A stretch of 64,000 nt of DNA from Clostridia bacterium DTU022 (lineage in GTDB: Bacteria > Bacillota > Dethiobacteria > DTU022): NCBI GenBank assembly GCA_001512835.1, contig LFRQ01000015.1, positions 1,176 through 65,175 of the forward strand. The letters run 5' to 3'. Each line of letters opens with the position of its first letter. Position 1 is the first letter of the stretch. Position numbers and translations under genes: made by a program. Shown here piece after piece: positions 46,132 through 56,004 of the stretch. The notes under the pieces are model-generated. The model was not told the origin of the DNA. It saw only the letters and a program-made list of their open reading frames with translations, and did no database searches.

Positions 46132-46593
46132 CTACTCTTCCAGACCAAACATTTGCTTGTATTCCTCCTTGGGAGGCATCACCACGGCCGTGCCGTCCGC
46201 AACCACCGTCCCTTCCTGGTTAACCCATTTTAATTCCATCCTAACCCGGTTTCTCTTTTCATCCTTCTCCAGCACCGTAGCCGTAGCGGTAACCGTATCG
46301 CCGGGAAAAACGGGCGCCCTGTACCGGCAGGAGGTCTCCAGGGCTACCGTCCCCAGCCCCGGCAATATGGTGCCCAGCACCGGAGCAATCAGGGAAGTAG
46401 TAATGCCGCCATGGGCAATGCGCTTGCCGAACATGGTCTTCCGGGAAAACTCCTCGTTGACGTGCATCGGGTTGAAATCCCCGGTAATGCCGGCAAAGAG
46501 ATAGATGTCCGTCTCGGTGATAGTCTTGCTGAAAGAAGCGCTGTCGCCAATGGAAATCTCCTTTATGGTTTTCCCCAGTTTGATGGGGCCCAA
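46132..46593 (-). CDS. MaoC-like (R)-specific enoyl-CoA hydratase/dehydratase, hot-dog fold
   Basis: 153 aa. The GDFNPMHVNEEF motif is typical of MaoC dehydratases. Confidence 0.8.
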   Translation of the reverse strand: MGPIKLGKTIKEISIGDSASFSKTITETDIYLFAGITGDFNPMHVNEEFSRKTMFGKRIAHGGITTSLIAPVLGTILPGLGTVALETSCRYRAPVFPGDTVTATATVLEKDEKRNRVRMELKWVNQEGTVVADGTAVVMPPKEEYKQMFGLEE

Positions 46594-46599
46594 GTTCTG

Positions 46600-47208
46600 T
46601 CACCTCCTTAATCCATTGACCAGATAACTGGAGATCAGTTCCGCCACCTCTTCTTTGCCGAAGCCCTTTCCCTCCTGGAACCAGACGTAGACCCAGTTAA
46701 TGCTCCCCAGTATGGCATAGGACAACAGCTTCTCATCCTCGTTGATAAAATAACCCTTATCAATCCCCTCCTTGATCAGTTTTTGAATCAGCCGTTCATA
46801 CTGCTTCCGGCTGGCCACGATCTCCTGCCAGTGCTCGGGGCGGAGATCCCGGCGCAGATCCATGAATACGGCCATAACATCCCGGTTTTCGCAGATGACC
46901 AGGACATGGGATTTCAAAATCTTTTTCAGCCGCTGGTCCGGAGGCAGCTCCCGGTGGTGGACGTCGGAGACTTCCTCCAGGAAGAAATCCATAGCCTGCC
47001 GGAAGATCTGGAAGAGAATCTCCTGCTTGCTGTTGAAGTAATAGTAGATGTGGCCCTTGGTCACACCCATCTGCTCGGCAATCTGGTCGATGGTGGCCGC
47101 GTAGCCCAGCCGAGCAAATACCGTCGCTGCGGCGGTCAAGATCTGCTGCTTGCGCTGGAATTCCACCGAAAGATCCCTGGATTTATGCTTCTCGTATATC
47201 CTGGCCAT
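46600..47208 (-). CDS. TetR/AcrR-family transcriptional regulator
   Basis: The N-terminal HTH LGYAATIDQIAEQMGVTKGHIYYYFNSKQEI is the TetR signature. Start trimmed to MARIYEK (TAGGAGGGAGAAC ribosome binding site). Confidence 0.8.
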   Translation of the reverse strand: MARIYEKHKSRDLSVEFQRKQQILTAAATVFARLGYAATIDQIAEQMGVTKGHIYYYFNSKQEILFQIFRQAMDFFLEEVSDVHHRELPPDQRLKKILKSHVLVICENRDVMAVFMDLRRDLRPEHWQEIVASRKQYERLIQKLIKEGIDKGYFINEDEKLLSYAILGSINWVYVWFQEGKGFGKEEVAELISSYLVNGLRR

Positions 47209-47329
47209 GGTTCTCCCTCCTAAACCCACCGGTACAGGTTGGCCGTAAAATAATACTACTCAGTATAATAATTAATTCTTCCCCCGGGAAAATATTCCTG
47301 CCAATTTACCAGAAAATTTTTTATTTTAA

Positions 47330-48005
47330 AAAATCTTTTGGGGGTCAGGTCTTGAATTGTGAATTTTGGTTTTGGGGGTCAGGTCTTGAATTTCCCCTCC
47401 TTACCTTATACCGGGGTCAGGTCTTGAATTGTGAATTTTGATTTAACCTTATCTTATATTTGTATACTGTTTACATGGGTTTGATCTTGAATCTTGATTT
47501 TTCCCCTCCTTATTTCTTAGAGATCTACCTATTATTAATTAGGACTTCTCAACGGGTCGGGCCTTAAATTGTTAATTTCCACACCTCGTGAGTAAAGAAA
47601 CGCCACGTTCTTGTTCCGCCGGCAAAAGAAATAATTCAAGACCCGGGCTTTAAATCAAGACCCGGACCCAAGAAACCCTCAAAAATTCAAAATTCAAGAC
47701 CTGACCCCATCCTTAAATTTGGAGGAAGGCCTTTCAATTTTCAAACGGCCTCAAAAGGCCGCTTCAGTCCCCGCTAGTTTATTTATTCAGGCCATTCTGC
47801 GGCAACATTGAGCTTGCTGCTGGAAGGAATGCATCTTGCAAGGGGCGTCCTTGTTCCGCCGGCAAAAGAAATAATTCAAGACCCGGGCTTTAAATCAAGA
47901 CCCGGACCCACGAAACCCTCAAAAATTCAAAATTCAAGACCTGACCCCATTCCCGGCGGACCCAAGAAACCCTCAAAAATTCAAAATTCAAGACCTGACC
48001 CCATT
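47330..48005. repeat. AT-rich repeat island: at least 5 direct and 7 inverted copies of a ~25-nt motif GGGGTCAGGTCTTGAATTGTGAATTTTG, plus a ~106-nt segment duplicated at 47605-47710 and 47845-47950
   Basis: Plus-orientation copies at 47339, 47373, 47412 and degenerate copies at 47478 and 47554. Inverted copies (…AATTCAAGACCTGACCCC) at 47628-47708, 47868-47948 and 47958-48004. The two long copies are 240 nt apart and differ at 2-3 positions. Confidence 0.8.
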
Positions 48006-49108
48006 CTGGAGAGGTGGCGGGCGTAGGCCAGGGCGTTGAGGAAGGAGCGGTGCAGGGCGTCTTGGCCGTAGGCTTTCGCCAGGGATACCCGGGCCGACCG
48101 GGAGTTGCACTCGATAAACCAGAGGCGCCGGTCCTTATCCAGGGCCAGGTCGATGCCCAGCTCCCCGCAGGGGCCGTACCGGCTCTCGATCAGGCAATAG
48201 ATCCGCTGCACCAGGCAGACAATCTCTTCCCTCAGCCGCTCCAGGAAGGCCGGTTCGAAATGCAAGGCTGCACCAAAAAAATCTTCAAAGGGGAAGCTCC
48301 GGGCATGGGTGGTAATGGGGGCCTGCTTATGGCCCACGCGCACGGGTATGCCCACCAGCTCCAGCTCCCCCCTGCCGTTGCGCTGCACCTCCGCCCGCAG
48401 GTCCACCGGTCCGCCGTCAAAAGTCATCAGCTCCACGGCCTGCTGGATGATATACTCCCGGTCTTGAAAAAAGTGCCGGACCTCTCTTGCCAGCTGCTCC
48501 CGCCGCACCCGGCCTCGCTTCAGCCCTCCTTGGCAATGGCTAAACTCGTACAGCCGGTCGCTGCTGCGGAGGACCTTGACCACCTGCCGCCCCCTGCTCC
48601 CCAGGCAGGCTTTTAAATATACCGCCCCGTACCGATCAAGCATGCTCTCCAGGAGGGCGCCGTCCCGCCGGCAGCAGACCGTGGCGGGCAGATGCCCCCT
48701 CAGGAAGGGATCGCCTTCCAGGAGCCGGTGCACCTCCCATTTGTTCAAGCCGAAAAAGTAGTTGACCGCCTGGGCCTGCCTGCGGTTAAGGTGGTCCAAC
48801 AGGCACCGGAACGCTTCGGCCCGCTGCGGGGGCGCGTCGTTGCGGAAATAGACCACCCCGGGAAAAGGAAAAGAGCCCCTCTTCCAGGAGCCCTTCTCCC
48901 GGTGGTAATAGGCGCCCCGAATCTGCTGGCGGTCGAAGTCCACGTCGTCCAGGGAAAAAAAATAAAGGAGAGGATCGTCCCCGCTTCCGCCGCCGCATAA
49001 GGCCTGGAAATCCCCCCCGGGCGCCTGCTGCAAAAGGGAGCGCAGGGAGCCCGGGCTAACAAAAACCCCAATAAGCGGTACAGCCAGGCGGCAAGTCCCG
49101 GCGGTCAT
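47981..49108 (-). CDS. YheC/YheD-family ATP-grasp protein (endospore coat-associated)
   Basis: 375 aa with an ATP-grasp C-terminal half (WFIECNSRSAR). AGAGGAGG ribosome binding site. Confidence 0.65.
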   Translation of the reverse strand: MTAGTCRLAVPLIGVFVSPGSLRSLLQQAPGGDFQALCGGGSGDDPLLYFFSLDDVDFDRQQIRGAYYHREKGSWKRGSFPFPGVVYFRNDAPPQRAEAFRCLLDHLNRRQAQAVNYFFGLNKWEVHRLLEGDPFLRGHLPATVCCRRDGALLESMLDRYGAVYLKACLGSRGRQVVKVLRSSDRLYEFSHCQGGLKRGRVRREQLAREVRHFFQDREYIIQQAVELMTFDGGPVDLRAEVQRNGRGELELVGIPVRVGHKQAPITTHARSFPFEDFFGAALHFEPAFLERLREEIVCLVQRIYCLIESRYGPCGELGIDLALDKDRRLWFIECNSRSARVSLAKAYGQDALHRSFLNALAYARHLSRMGSGLEF

Positions 49109-49322
49109 TAAAGAGCCTCCTCTTTCCGATGCTGAACCTGATCAATTGTATGCCCGGCAGCCCCGATTAGTGCCGGGACTATTGCCTGCATTATTCGACC
49201 AGGGGATCCGGCAGGCAGCGTGCAGGGGTTTGGCAACCCGGCAATTTTTTTCGGCTTGGTTTACATTTTGGAAAGCCAACGGATATTTATGTTTAGAACA
49301 CTCGTGAAGGAGGTTGTTTTTT

Positions 49323-49646
49323 ATGCGCAAGTGGTTGAGATCGTTGACCCCGAAAAAGGCATGGGATCAGTTTGTGGAGGATTCCGTGGAGAAATTTATC
49401 TCGGAATTCTACTGCGAAGGGATAAGGGATATCCCCACCATGTGCCGCCGGTATGCCTACGATCTGCTGACCGGCTTCATGAAACCTTTTGCGCTGGAAG
49501 ATCTGGAGCATGTGGCTTCTTTGCTGGAGCAATACATCCAGGAAACCGGCTACGATGAAAACAACCTATATACCGAGGAAGAGCTGGAAATCATGTGGCA
49601 GAAAAAGGTGGACGACCTATTGCGCTTTTTAGGAATAGAGAGATGA
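49323..49646 (+). CDS. Hypothetical small protein
   Basis: 107 aa with an AAGGAGG ribosome binding site 9 nt upstream. No recognisable motif. Confidence 0.45.
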   Translation: MRKWLRSLTPKKAWDQFVEDSVEKFISEFYCEGIRDIPTMCRRYAYDLLTGFMKPFALEDLEHVASLLEQYIQETGYDENNLYTEEELEIMWQKKVDDLLRFLGIER

Positions 49647-49676
49647 AGGCGCCCCCGGCGCCAACGGCCGGCCCTT

Positions 49677-50288
49677 CTACTCCCCGGGGCGCCCGCACCG
49701 GCAGCTGCCCGCCTTAATCGCCGCCACCAGCTCCTCCAGGGTGGCGATCCTCTCGGGAAAGAGGGTATAGGAGCGGCCGATCTCCTCCAGGCGGTGGGCG
49801 TCGCTCCCCCCGGTGCCGGGCAGGGACATGGCCTCGGCCAGCTCCCGGGCCAGGCGGTTTTCATCCTCCCGGCTCCCGCCGTTGCAAACCTCGATGGCTC
49901 CCAGGCCTTTCAGGCGCTTGACCCCGTTTCCACCGTAGCTGATCCCCAGGCGGTACGGGTGCGCCGCTATGGCCACCCCCCCGATGCTGTTGACCTCATC
50001 CAGCAGCTCCTGGGCGTCGTTGTTAATCCCCTGATAGCGGTTCCAGCGCTGGATATCCCGGCTGAAGACCAGGATATGGCCCGTCCGGGTAGCCACCTCC
50101 GCCCCGATAAAAACCGCTACCCCGTATTTCGGGGCCAGTTCCTGAAAAACGGCGCACTTTTCGTAGCTGTTGTGCTCGGTGATCCCGATCCCGTCCAGGC
50201 CCACCTTCCGGGCCTGCGCCAGCACCTCTTCCGGCCGGCCCGTGGCGTCATAGGAAATGGCCGTATGGATATGGAGATCGACTTTCAA
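49677..50288 (-). CDS. PHP-domain metal-dependent phosphoesterase
   Basis: MKVDLHIHTAIS and ITEHN are PHP histidine motifs. TTG start with a GGAGGGTG ribosome binding site. Confidence 0.75.
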   Translation of the reverse strand: MKVDLHIHTAISYDATGRPEEVLAQARKVGLDGIGITEHNSYEKCAVFQELAPKYGVAVFIGAEVATRTGHILVFSRDIQRWNRYQGINNDAQELLDEVNSIGGVAIAAHPYRLGISYGGNGVKRLKGLGAIEVCNGGSREDENRLARELAEAMSLPGTGGSDAHRLEEIGRSYTLFPERIATLEELVAAIKAGSCRCGRPGE

Positions 50289-50501
50289 TGCCCACCCTCC
50301 GGTTTTCCTACTCTCTTTAACCGTTCCCTTTCACCGTGCTTCTCTGATTATATCCCATTCGGAAAAATATGAAAATAAATCCATGAGGGGCCCGCCATCT
50401 TCCTCTCCGGCCCTCTTCCTCCAGTCCTCTAGAGGGCAAAGACTCCCGGAAGTTGCCCGGCAGTTATAAGGCCCTCCTCCGGGGGAAAAGCTACAGGAGA
50501 G

Positions 50502-51662
50502 GTGAAGCCCTTGAAGAGGACTGTAGCCGTTGTCGGGGGCGGCACCGGGGGCGGCGCCGCCGCCCGGCTGCTAAGGCGCTTCCTGGACCGGTCCCACGAA
50601 GTAATCCTGATCGAAAAGGAGAAAACCCTTTACAACCGGGGATCCCTCCCCTTCCTGGCCATAGGTGCGCGGCAGCGGAGCGGGCTGCTCCGGGACACCG
50701 CCAACTTCCGCCGGCTGGGGATTAGGGTGGTTGACCGGGCGGCCGCCTTTATCGATGTCGAGAAAAAAATAATTCATCTCGAAGGGGGGCGGGAAGTAAG
50801 GTACGACTTCCTGCTGCTGGCCCCCGGGGCCGAGTTGAACCCCGGCCTGCCCCCGGGAGCGGAAGAGGCCGGCTTCAACGCCCATACCCTGTCCGGGGCG
50901 GAGGGGATCTTTTCCCGCCTGCGCGACTTCCAGGGGAGAGAGATCGCCATCGTCGTCGCCTCCCCAACCATCAAATTTCCGGGCAGCCCCTACGAGTACG
51001 CCTTTTTAATCGATTATTTTCTACGCCGCCGGGGGCGGCGCCGGGAGATCGCCATAAATATTTATACTCCCGAGCCGGCCCCGCTGTCCCAGTTTGGAGA
51101 ACGGGTCCAGGAGAGCCTGAAAGAGCTTCTGCTGAAGCGCAAGATCCTGGTCTACAGCAGGAGCCCGGTCTTGGAGATCCAGGAGGCGGCAAAAAAGATC
51201 GTGCTGGAATACGGTTCTTTCCCTTTCGATATGCTCATCTACTGCCCCGAAGCGGTTCCTCCGCCCATAATCCGCCAAAGCAAACTGGACGGCGGATCCG
51301 GCTGGCTCCCCGTGGACCACGGCTGCCAGGCCGCCGGCCGGGAAGAGATATTCGGCATCGGCGATGCTGCCCTCATGCTCTCGGAGAGCGGGGCTCCCCT
51401 CCCGAAAATGGGTTCCCTGGCCCACCTGCAGTCTTCGGTGGCCGCCAAGAATATCGCCAACCTAATCCTGGGGAAAAAGGGGGAAAAGCAAACCTTCAAC
51501 GGCTTCAACGGCGCCATTATCGCCATGGGAGGGGCCTCCTTCCTCTTCCGCGGCAATTCCCTGGCCGCCGACGGAAACTTCCGCCCCCTTCCCCCCAGCA
51601 AGCTCTGGAACCTTTTTAAAAAGGTGCTCTCGGAATCCTGGTGGCTGCGGGATCACAGCTAG
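50502..51662 (+). CDS. FAD-dependent pyridine nucleotide-disulfide oxidoreductase (SQR/NDH-2-like)
   Basis: VAVVGGGTGGG Rossmann motif and a second GIGDAA motif. The start is either GTG 50502 or TTG 50511. Confidence 0.65.
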   Translation: MKPLKRTVAVVGGGTGGGAAARLLRRFLDRSHEVILIEKEKTLYNRGSLPFLAIGARQRSGLLRDTANFRRLGIRVVDRAAAFIDVEKKIIHLEGGREVRYDFLLLAPGAELNPGLPPGAEEAGFNAHTLSGAEGIFSRLRDFQGREIAIVVASPTIKFPGSPYEYAFLIDYFLRRRGRRREIAINIYTPEPAPLSQFGERVQESLKELLLKRKILVYSRSPVLEIQEAAKKIVLEYGSFPFDMLIYCPEAVPPPIIRQSKLDGGSGWLPVDHGCQAAGREEIFGIGDAALMLSESGAPLPKMGSLAHLQSSVAAKNIANLILGKKGEKQTFNGFNGAIIAMGGASFLFRGNSLAADGNFRPLPPSKLWNLFKKVLSESWWLRDHS

Positions 51663-51729
51663 AAAGGCTCCCCGGCCGCCGCCACCATTGCCAGTACTTT
51701 TTCCAATTCCGCCGGGACCTGCACATGGA

Positions 51730-52461
51730 TCACGGCTGGAAAAGCTCCCGGGCCGCCGCCACCAGGGCCTGGAAGAGCCGGTGGGAAGCCGGGTGATCCA
51801 GGGCTTCGGGATGCCACTGGACTGCCAGGACAAAGCGATGGCGGCAGCTCTCCAGGGCCTCCACCACCCCGTCGGCAGCCACGGCGGAAACCCGGAAGCC
51901 GGGAGCCGGCCGCTCCACCGCCTGGTGGTGAAAACTGTTTACCGCCAGGAAGCCTTCTCCCAGCAAGTCGCCCAGCCGGGTATGGCCCAGCACCCTCACG
52001 GTGTGCCAGGGGAACTGGCGGGGGGCCTGCTGCCAGTGCTGGAGGTATTCCCCGCCGGCCAGGTCCTGCTTAAGGGTTCCCCCCGCGGCCACGTTGATCA
52101 ACTGCAATCCCCGGCAGATCCCCAGGAGAGGCAGGTCCCGCTGCAGGGCCTCCCGCACCAGGAAGAGCTCCAGTTCGTCTCGCCGGGGGTCCGCTTCCCC
52201 CAGGCCGGGGCGGGGCTCCTGGCCAAAAAAAAGGGGCGCAATGTCGCCTCCTCCCGGAAGAAGCAGGGCCTGCAACCGGGCCGGCAGCAGGAAGCGCGCC
52301 TCCCCCTCCAGGGGAGGAATCAATACGGGCATTCCTCCCGCCCGCTCCACGGAGCGGCAGTAGGCAAAGGGAAGCCACAGGCGTTCCCGGTCATAATTCT
52401 GGTTGACGGTAATCCCCACCAGGGGAGCTGATTGGGGGGAGCGCATCTTCTCTCCGATCAA
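51730..52461 (-). CDS. Gamma-glutamyl-GABA hydrolase-like class I glutamine amidotransferase (peptidase C26)
   Basis: GICRGLQLINVAAGG (catalytic Cys) and a WHPE His motif. Confidence 0.75.
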   Translation of the reverse strand: MIGEKMRSPQSAPLVGITVNQNYDRERLWLPFAYCRSVERAGGMPVLIPPLEGEARFLLPARLQALLLPGGGDIAPLFFGQEPRPGLGEADPRRDELELFLVREALQRDLPLLGICRGLQLINVAAGGTLKQDLAGGEYLQHWQQAPRQFPWHTVRVLGHTRLGDLLGEGFLAVNSFHHQAVERPAPGFRVSAVAADGVVEALESCRHRFVLAVQWHPEALDHPASHRLFQALVAAARELFQP

Positions 52462-52510
52462 AAAAAAGCCCCATGGCTGAGACTTTTTTCGGCCATCCCA
52501 TCCGTCGGTT

Positions 52511-52870
52511 TTAAAAATCGATCAGTCCCAGGCTGATGCGCAAGGCATCGTCAACCCGGCGCATGATCCGTTCATCCAGTTCCGTTACCTTCTTCTCCAG
52601 CCTCTGCTTGTCGATAGTCCGGACCTGTTCCAGCAAAATAACGGAGTCCTTCTCCAGGTTGTATTCGGCGGCGCTAATTTCCACGTGGGTGGGCAGCTTG
52701 GCTTTATCGATTTGGGAAGTGATGGCCGCTACGATAACCGTAGGGCTGTAGCGATTGCCGATATCGTTTTGGACTACCAGGACCGGCCTGGTCCCGCCCT
52801 GCTCCGAGCCGACCACCGGGCTGAGATCGGCATAGAAGATATAACCTCTCTTCACTTCCAAGGCGTTCAC
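52511..52870 (-). CDS. mazF: MazF/PemK-family endoribonuclease toxin
   Basis: 119 aa. [29 protein letters not shown] is the canonical MazF/NdoA N-terminus. Confidence 0.85.
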   Translation of the reverse strand: MNALEVKRGYIFYADLSPVVGSEQGGTRPVLVVQNDIGNRYSPTVIVAAITSQIDKAKLPTHVEISAAEYNLEKDSVILLEQVRTIDKQRLEKKVTELDERIMRRVDDALRISLGLIDF

Positions 52871-53139
52871 TCTCCGCCAACAATTTCCTCGGCAATCCGA
52901 ATGGCTTCGTTCTCCGCGTGCAAGGCTTCACTGGAGAGAGTCAGGTTTAACTTGGCCATCTCCTGGTACCCTTTTTGCATTCTCTCCCGGATCTGCCTTT
53001 TTTTGCGCTCTTGAAGATAAAGCTTCATCGCTTCCCGGATAAATTCGCTGCGGGTCCTCTTCTCCATCGCCACGATGCCGTCTACTTCGGTCAATAAATT
53101 GTTGGGAAGGCTGATCATAATGCGCTTGGTTTCGGCCAA
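52867..53139 (-). CDS. mazE: CopG/RHH-family antitoxin (MazE/NdoAI-like)
   Basis: 90 aa. The ribbon-helix-helix region [30 protein letters not shown] overlaps mazF by 4 nt. It lies directly downstream of alr, as in Bacillus ndoAI-ndoA. Confidence 0.8.
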   Translation of the reverse strand: MAETKRIMISLPNNLLTEVDGIVAMEKRTRSEFIREAMKLYLQERKKRQIRERMQKGYQEMAKLNLTLSSEALHAENEAIRIAEEIVGGE

Positions 53140-53248
53140 CGGACCTGCACCCCCTTTTTAAATGGTTCCCACACCGGCGCCCTAGTTCCATATTCAGTAT
53201 TATACGGTTTTGTATAATAGTTATGCAGAACGCGCCCAAAAAAGAAGT

Positions 53249-54460
53249 CTAACCGGTAAATATTTTTTCCCCCAGCAGATCCCGGAGAGCCGCCAGGCGT
53301 CCCCCCTGGATATAAAGGCGGGGCACCCGCTTATCCAGGGAGCAGATCAGCTCGTAGCTGATGGTCCCCAGGAGCCCGGCGACCTCCTCCACGGGGATGG
53401 CCTCCTCTGCCTGCCGGCCGTAGAGGACTACTTCGTCGCCCCGCTGGACCCCCTCAATTCCACTGACATCGATCATCAGGTGGTCCATGCAGACCCGGCC
53501 CACCACGGGAGCCCTCCGTCCCCGGACCAGCACCTGGCCCCGGTTGGAGAGGGAGCGGCTGTAGCCGTCGCCGTAACCCACGGGAACAGTAGCGATCAGG
53601 GAACGGGTACGGGTGCGGTAGGTGCAGCCGTAGCTGATGGCCGTCCCCGGGGGAACCTCCTTTATGAAGATAATCCGGCTTTTAAAGGAGAGGGCCGGGC
53701 GCAGCTTCACCGGGCCTGCCGCCAGCCACGGAGCCGGATAGTAGCCGTAAAGAGAGAGGCCGATGCGAACCAGGTTAAAGCGCGCATCGGGGTGCATGAT
53801 GGCCGCCGCGCTGTTGGCCGCGTGGTAGTAGGAAAAGCGGATCCCCTTCTCCCGGCAGGCCTCCACCAGTTCGGCAAAGACCCGGATCTGGCGGTGGGTA
53901 TAGCCGCCGTCATCCTCCTCGTCCGCCGCCGCCAGGTGGGTCAGCAGCCCTTCCAGTCGCAATCCCGGCAAGCGGGAGACCGCCGTTATGAAGTCCAGGG
54001 CCTCCGGCGCCAGGACGCCTATCCGCCCCATGCCCGTATCCACTTTAATATGCACCGGCAGGGTATGGCCGCGGTCGGCAGCCCAGCGGGAGAGGCCGCG
54101 GGCCACCTCCAGGTCGAATACCGTGGGCGTGAGGCTGTATTCATACAGGGAGGAGGCCAAGGCCGGATCGGTATAGCCCAGCAGCAATATGGGCGCCTGG
54201 ATTCCAGCCCGGCGCAGTTCAATCCCTTCTTCCAGGAAGGCTACGGCCAGCTGGGAGGCCCCGGCGTTAAGGGCCGTGCGGGCCACTTCCACGGCGCCGT
54301 GCCCATAGCCGTCGGCCTTGACTACGGCCATGATGTTCACCTGGGACCCCAGGGCCCGCCGGTACTGTTCCAGGTTGTGGCTTATGTTATCCAGGTTGAT
54401 CTCTGCCCAGGTCGGCCGCAAGTGCGGGGGAGGGTGAACCACGGAAGCACCACCAATCAT
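53249..54460 (-). CDS. alr: Alanine racemase
   Basis: AVVKADGYGHG (PLP Lys) and the C-terminal VPVGYGDGY. Confidence 0.9.
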   Translation of the reverse strand: MIGGASVVHPPPHLRPTWAEINLDNISHNLEQYRRALGSQVNIMAVVKADGYGHGAVEVARTALNAGASQLAVAFLEEGIELRRAGIQAPILLLGYTDPALASSLYEYSLTPTVFDLEVARGLSRWAADRGHTLPVHIKVDTGMGRIGVLAPEALDFITAVSRLPGLRLEGLLTHLAAADEEDDGGYTHRQIRVFAELVEACREKGIRFSYYHAANSAAAIMHPDARFNLVRIGLSLYGYYPAPWLAAGPVKLRPALSFKSRIIFIKEVPPGTAISYGCTYRTRTRSLIATVPVGYGDGYSRSLSNRGQVLVRGRRAPVVGRVCMDHLMIDVSGIEGVQRGDEVVLYGRQAEEAIPVEEVAGLLGTISYELICSLDKRVPRLYIQGGRLAALRDLLGEKIFTG

Positions 54461-54591
54461 CTAAATAGCAAACCAATTCTTATGCTTCTTATGCGGCAGA
54501 TTAAGCGGCGCATGTTTGACATATTCTATTCCACAGTTTCCGGGATTATTCCTGCCCTAAAGCCGTGGAAAATGGTAGCGCCTTTATCGTT

Positions 54592-55881
54592 TTATTCCAG
54601 GACCCGGAAGACGCTGTTGACGGTTTCGATGGCTTCACAGGCCTCGATCCGCTGCATGGCCCGGTTAAAGCGCTCCTCAATAACATCATGGGTTACCAGG
54701 ACGATCTCGGCGGTGCCGGCTTCGCTGCGCTTCTGGATGATCATGTCCAGGCTGACCTGCTCCTCGCCGAAGGCGGTGGCCAGGGCGGCAAATACTCCCG
54801 GGCGGTCCTGGGCCTGCAGGCGCAGGTAGAAGCGGGAAACCAGCCGGGAAACGGGGAGCACCGAAGCCGGGGCAAAAGTGGTCTCCATGATGCCGTCTTT
54901 AATGCGGGAGCGCATGGTCCGGGCGGCATCAATAATATCGGCCACCACGGCGCTGCCGGTAGGCATGGCCCCCGCTCCCCGGCCGTAAAACATTACCTCG
55001 CCCACGGCATCCCCCACCACGTAGACGGCATTAAATTCATGAAGCACCGAGGCCAGGGGATGAGTGGCCGGCACCAGGGTGGGGTGCACCCTTAAGGCCA
55101 GCCCCTGGAGGAGCTCTTCTCCCACGGCCAGCAGTTTAATGGCATAGCCCAGCTCCCGGGCGTAGCGGATATCCTCCGCGGCGACGCCGGCGATCCCTTC
55201 CACGTAGATATCTTCCACGGCAATCCGGCGCCGGAAAGCCAGGGCGGCGATTATGGCCAGCTTGTAAGCGGCGTCCCGCCCCTCCAGGTCGTTGGCAGGA
55301 TCCGCCTCGGCAAAGCCGCGGGCCTGGGCCTCCGCCAGGGCCTCCTGGAAGCTGCTGCCTTCCAGGGCCATGCGGGTTAAAATATAGTTGGTGGTACCGT
55401 TGATAATGCCGATTACCTTTTCAATGCGGTTGGCCGCCAGGCAGTGCTTTAAAGGACGGATCAAGGGAATGCCGCCCCCGACGCTGGCCTCGTAGTAGAT
55501 CCGGGCCCGGTGGCGCTGGGCCTCCTCCAGGAGCTCCGTCCCGTGCCGGGCCATCAAGTCCTTGTTGGCGGTAACCACATACTTGCCCCGCCGCAAAGCT
55601 TCCAGGATATAGCTGCGGGCCGGCTCGATGCCGCCCATCAACTCCACCACCAGGTCGATGGAGGGGTCGTGCAAAATTGACGCCGCCTCGGTAGTAAACC
55701 GCTCCGCCGGCAGGTCCACGGCCCTGGGGCGGCGGGGATCTCGAACCAGGACCCGCTCCAGGACCAGTTCCGCTCCCGCCTTCTCGGAAAGCGCCTCCCG
55801 GTGGCGCTCCAGGATCGCCGCCACTCCGCCTCCCACGGTCCCCATTCCCAACAGGCCAATTTTCAACTTCTGCTCCGACAC
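54592..55881 (-). CDS. hom: Homoserine dehydrogenase with C-terminal ACT domain
   Basis: KIGLLGMGTVGGGV NAD(P) motif and a C-terminal ACT domain. The GTG start with an AAAGGGGGT ribosome binding site is preferred over the upstream ATG, which has only a TATAAT before it. Confidence 0.85.
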   Translation of the reverse strand: MSEQKLKIGLLGMGTVGGGVAAILERHREALSEKAGAELVLERVLVRDPRRPRAVDLPAERFTTEAASILHDPSIDLVVELMGGIEPARSYILEALRRGKYVVTANKDLMARHGTELLEEAQRHRARIYYEASVGGGIPLIRPLKHCLAANRIEKVIGIINGTTNYILTRMALEGSSFQEALAEAQARGFAEADPANDLEGRDAAYKLAIIAALAFRRRIAVEDIYVEGIAGVAAEDIRYARELGYAIKLLAVGEELLQGLALRVHPTLVPATHPLASVLHEFNAVYVVGDAVGEVMFYGRGAGAMPTGSAVVADIIDAARTMRSRIKDGIMETTFAPASVLPVSRLVSRFYLRLQAQDRPGVFAALATAFGEEQVSLDMIIQKRSEAGTAEIVLVTHDVIEERFNRAMQRIEACEAIETVNSVFRVLE

Positions 55882-56004
55882 CGGGCTACCCCCTTTTCCA
55901 CCTACGCTCATGGCTCATTATATCACAGATCGCCCTGGTATTTATACGGGAATATAGCAAAAAAAAACCGGTGCCGGGCACCGGTCATCATTACTCCCAC
56001 CGCG

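Noticed and set aside
45786-46148. 120-aa minus-strand ORF rich in RQQ
   Set aside because: It is the translation of the 21-nt tandem repeat array. The periodic RQQ/YRQQ pattern mirrors the DNA repeat, not a protein fold.
47808-48026. 72-aa plus-strand ORF
   Set aside because: It lies within the duplicated 106-nt repeat and inverted motif copies. The repetitive PSKIQNSRPDPI translation is an artefact.
53210-54829. 539-aa plus-strand ORF
   Set aside because: It is antisense across alr and the hom 3' end. The product is Gly/Arg-rich with no domain. alr and hom have unambiguous PLP and NAD motifs on the minus strand.
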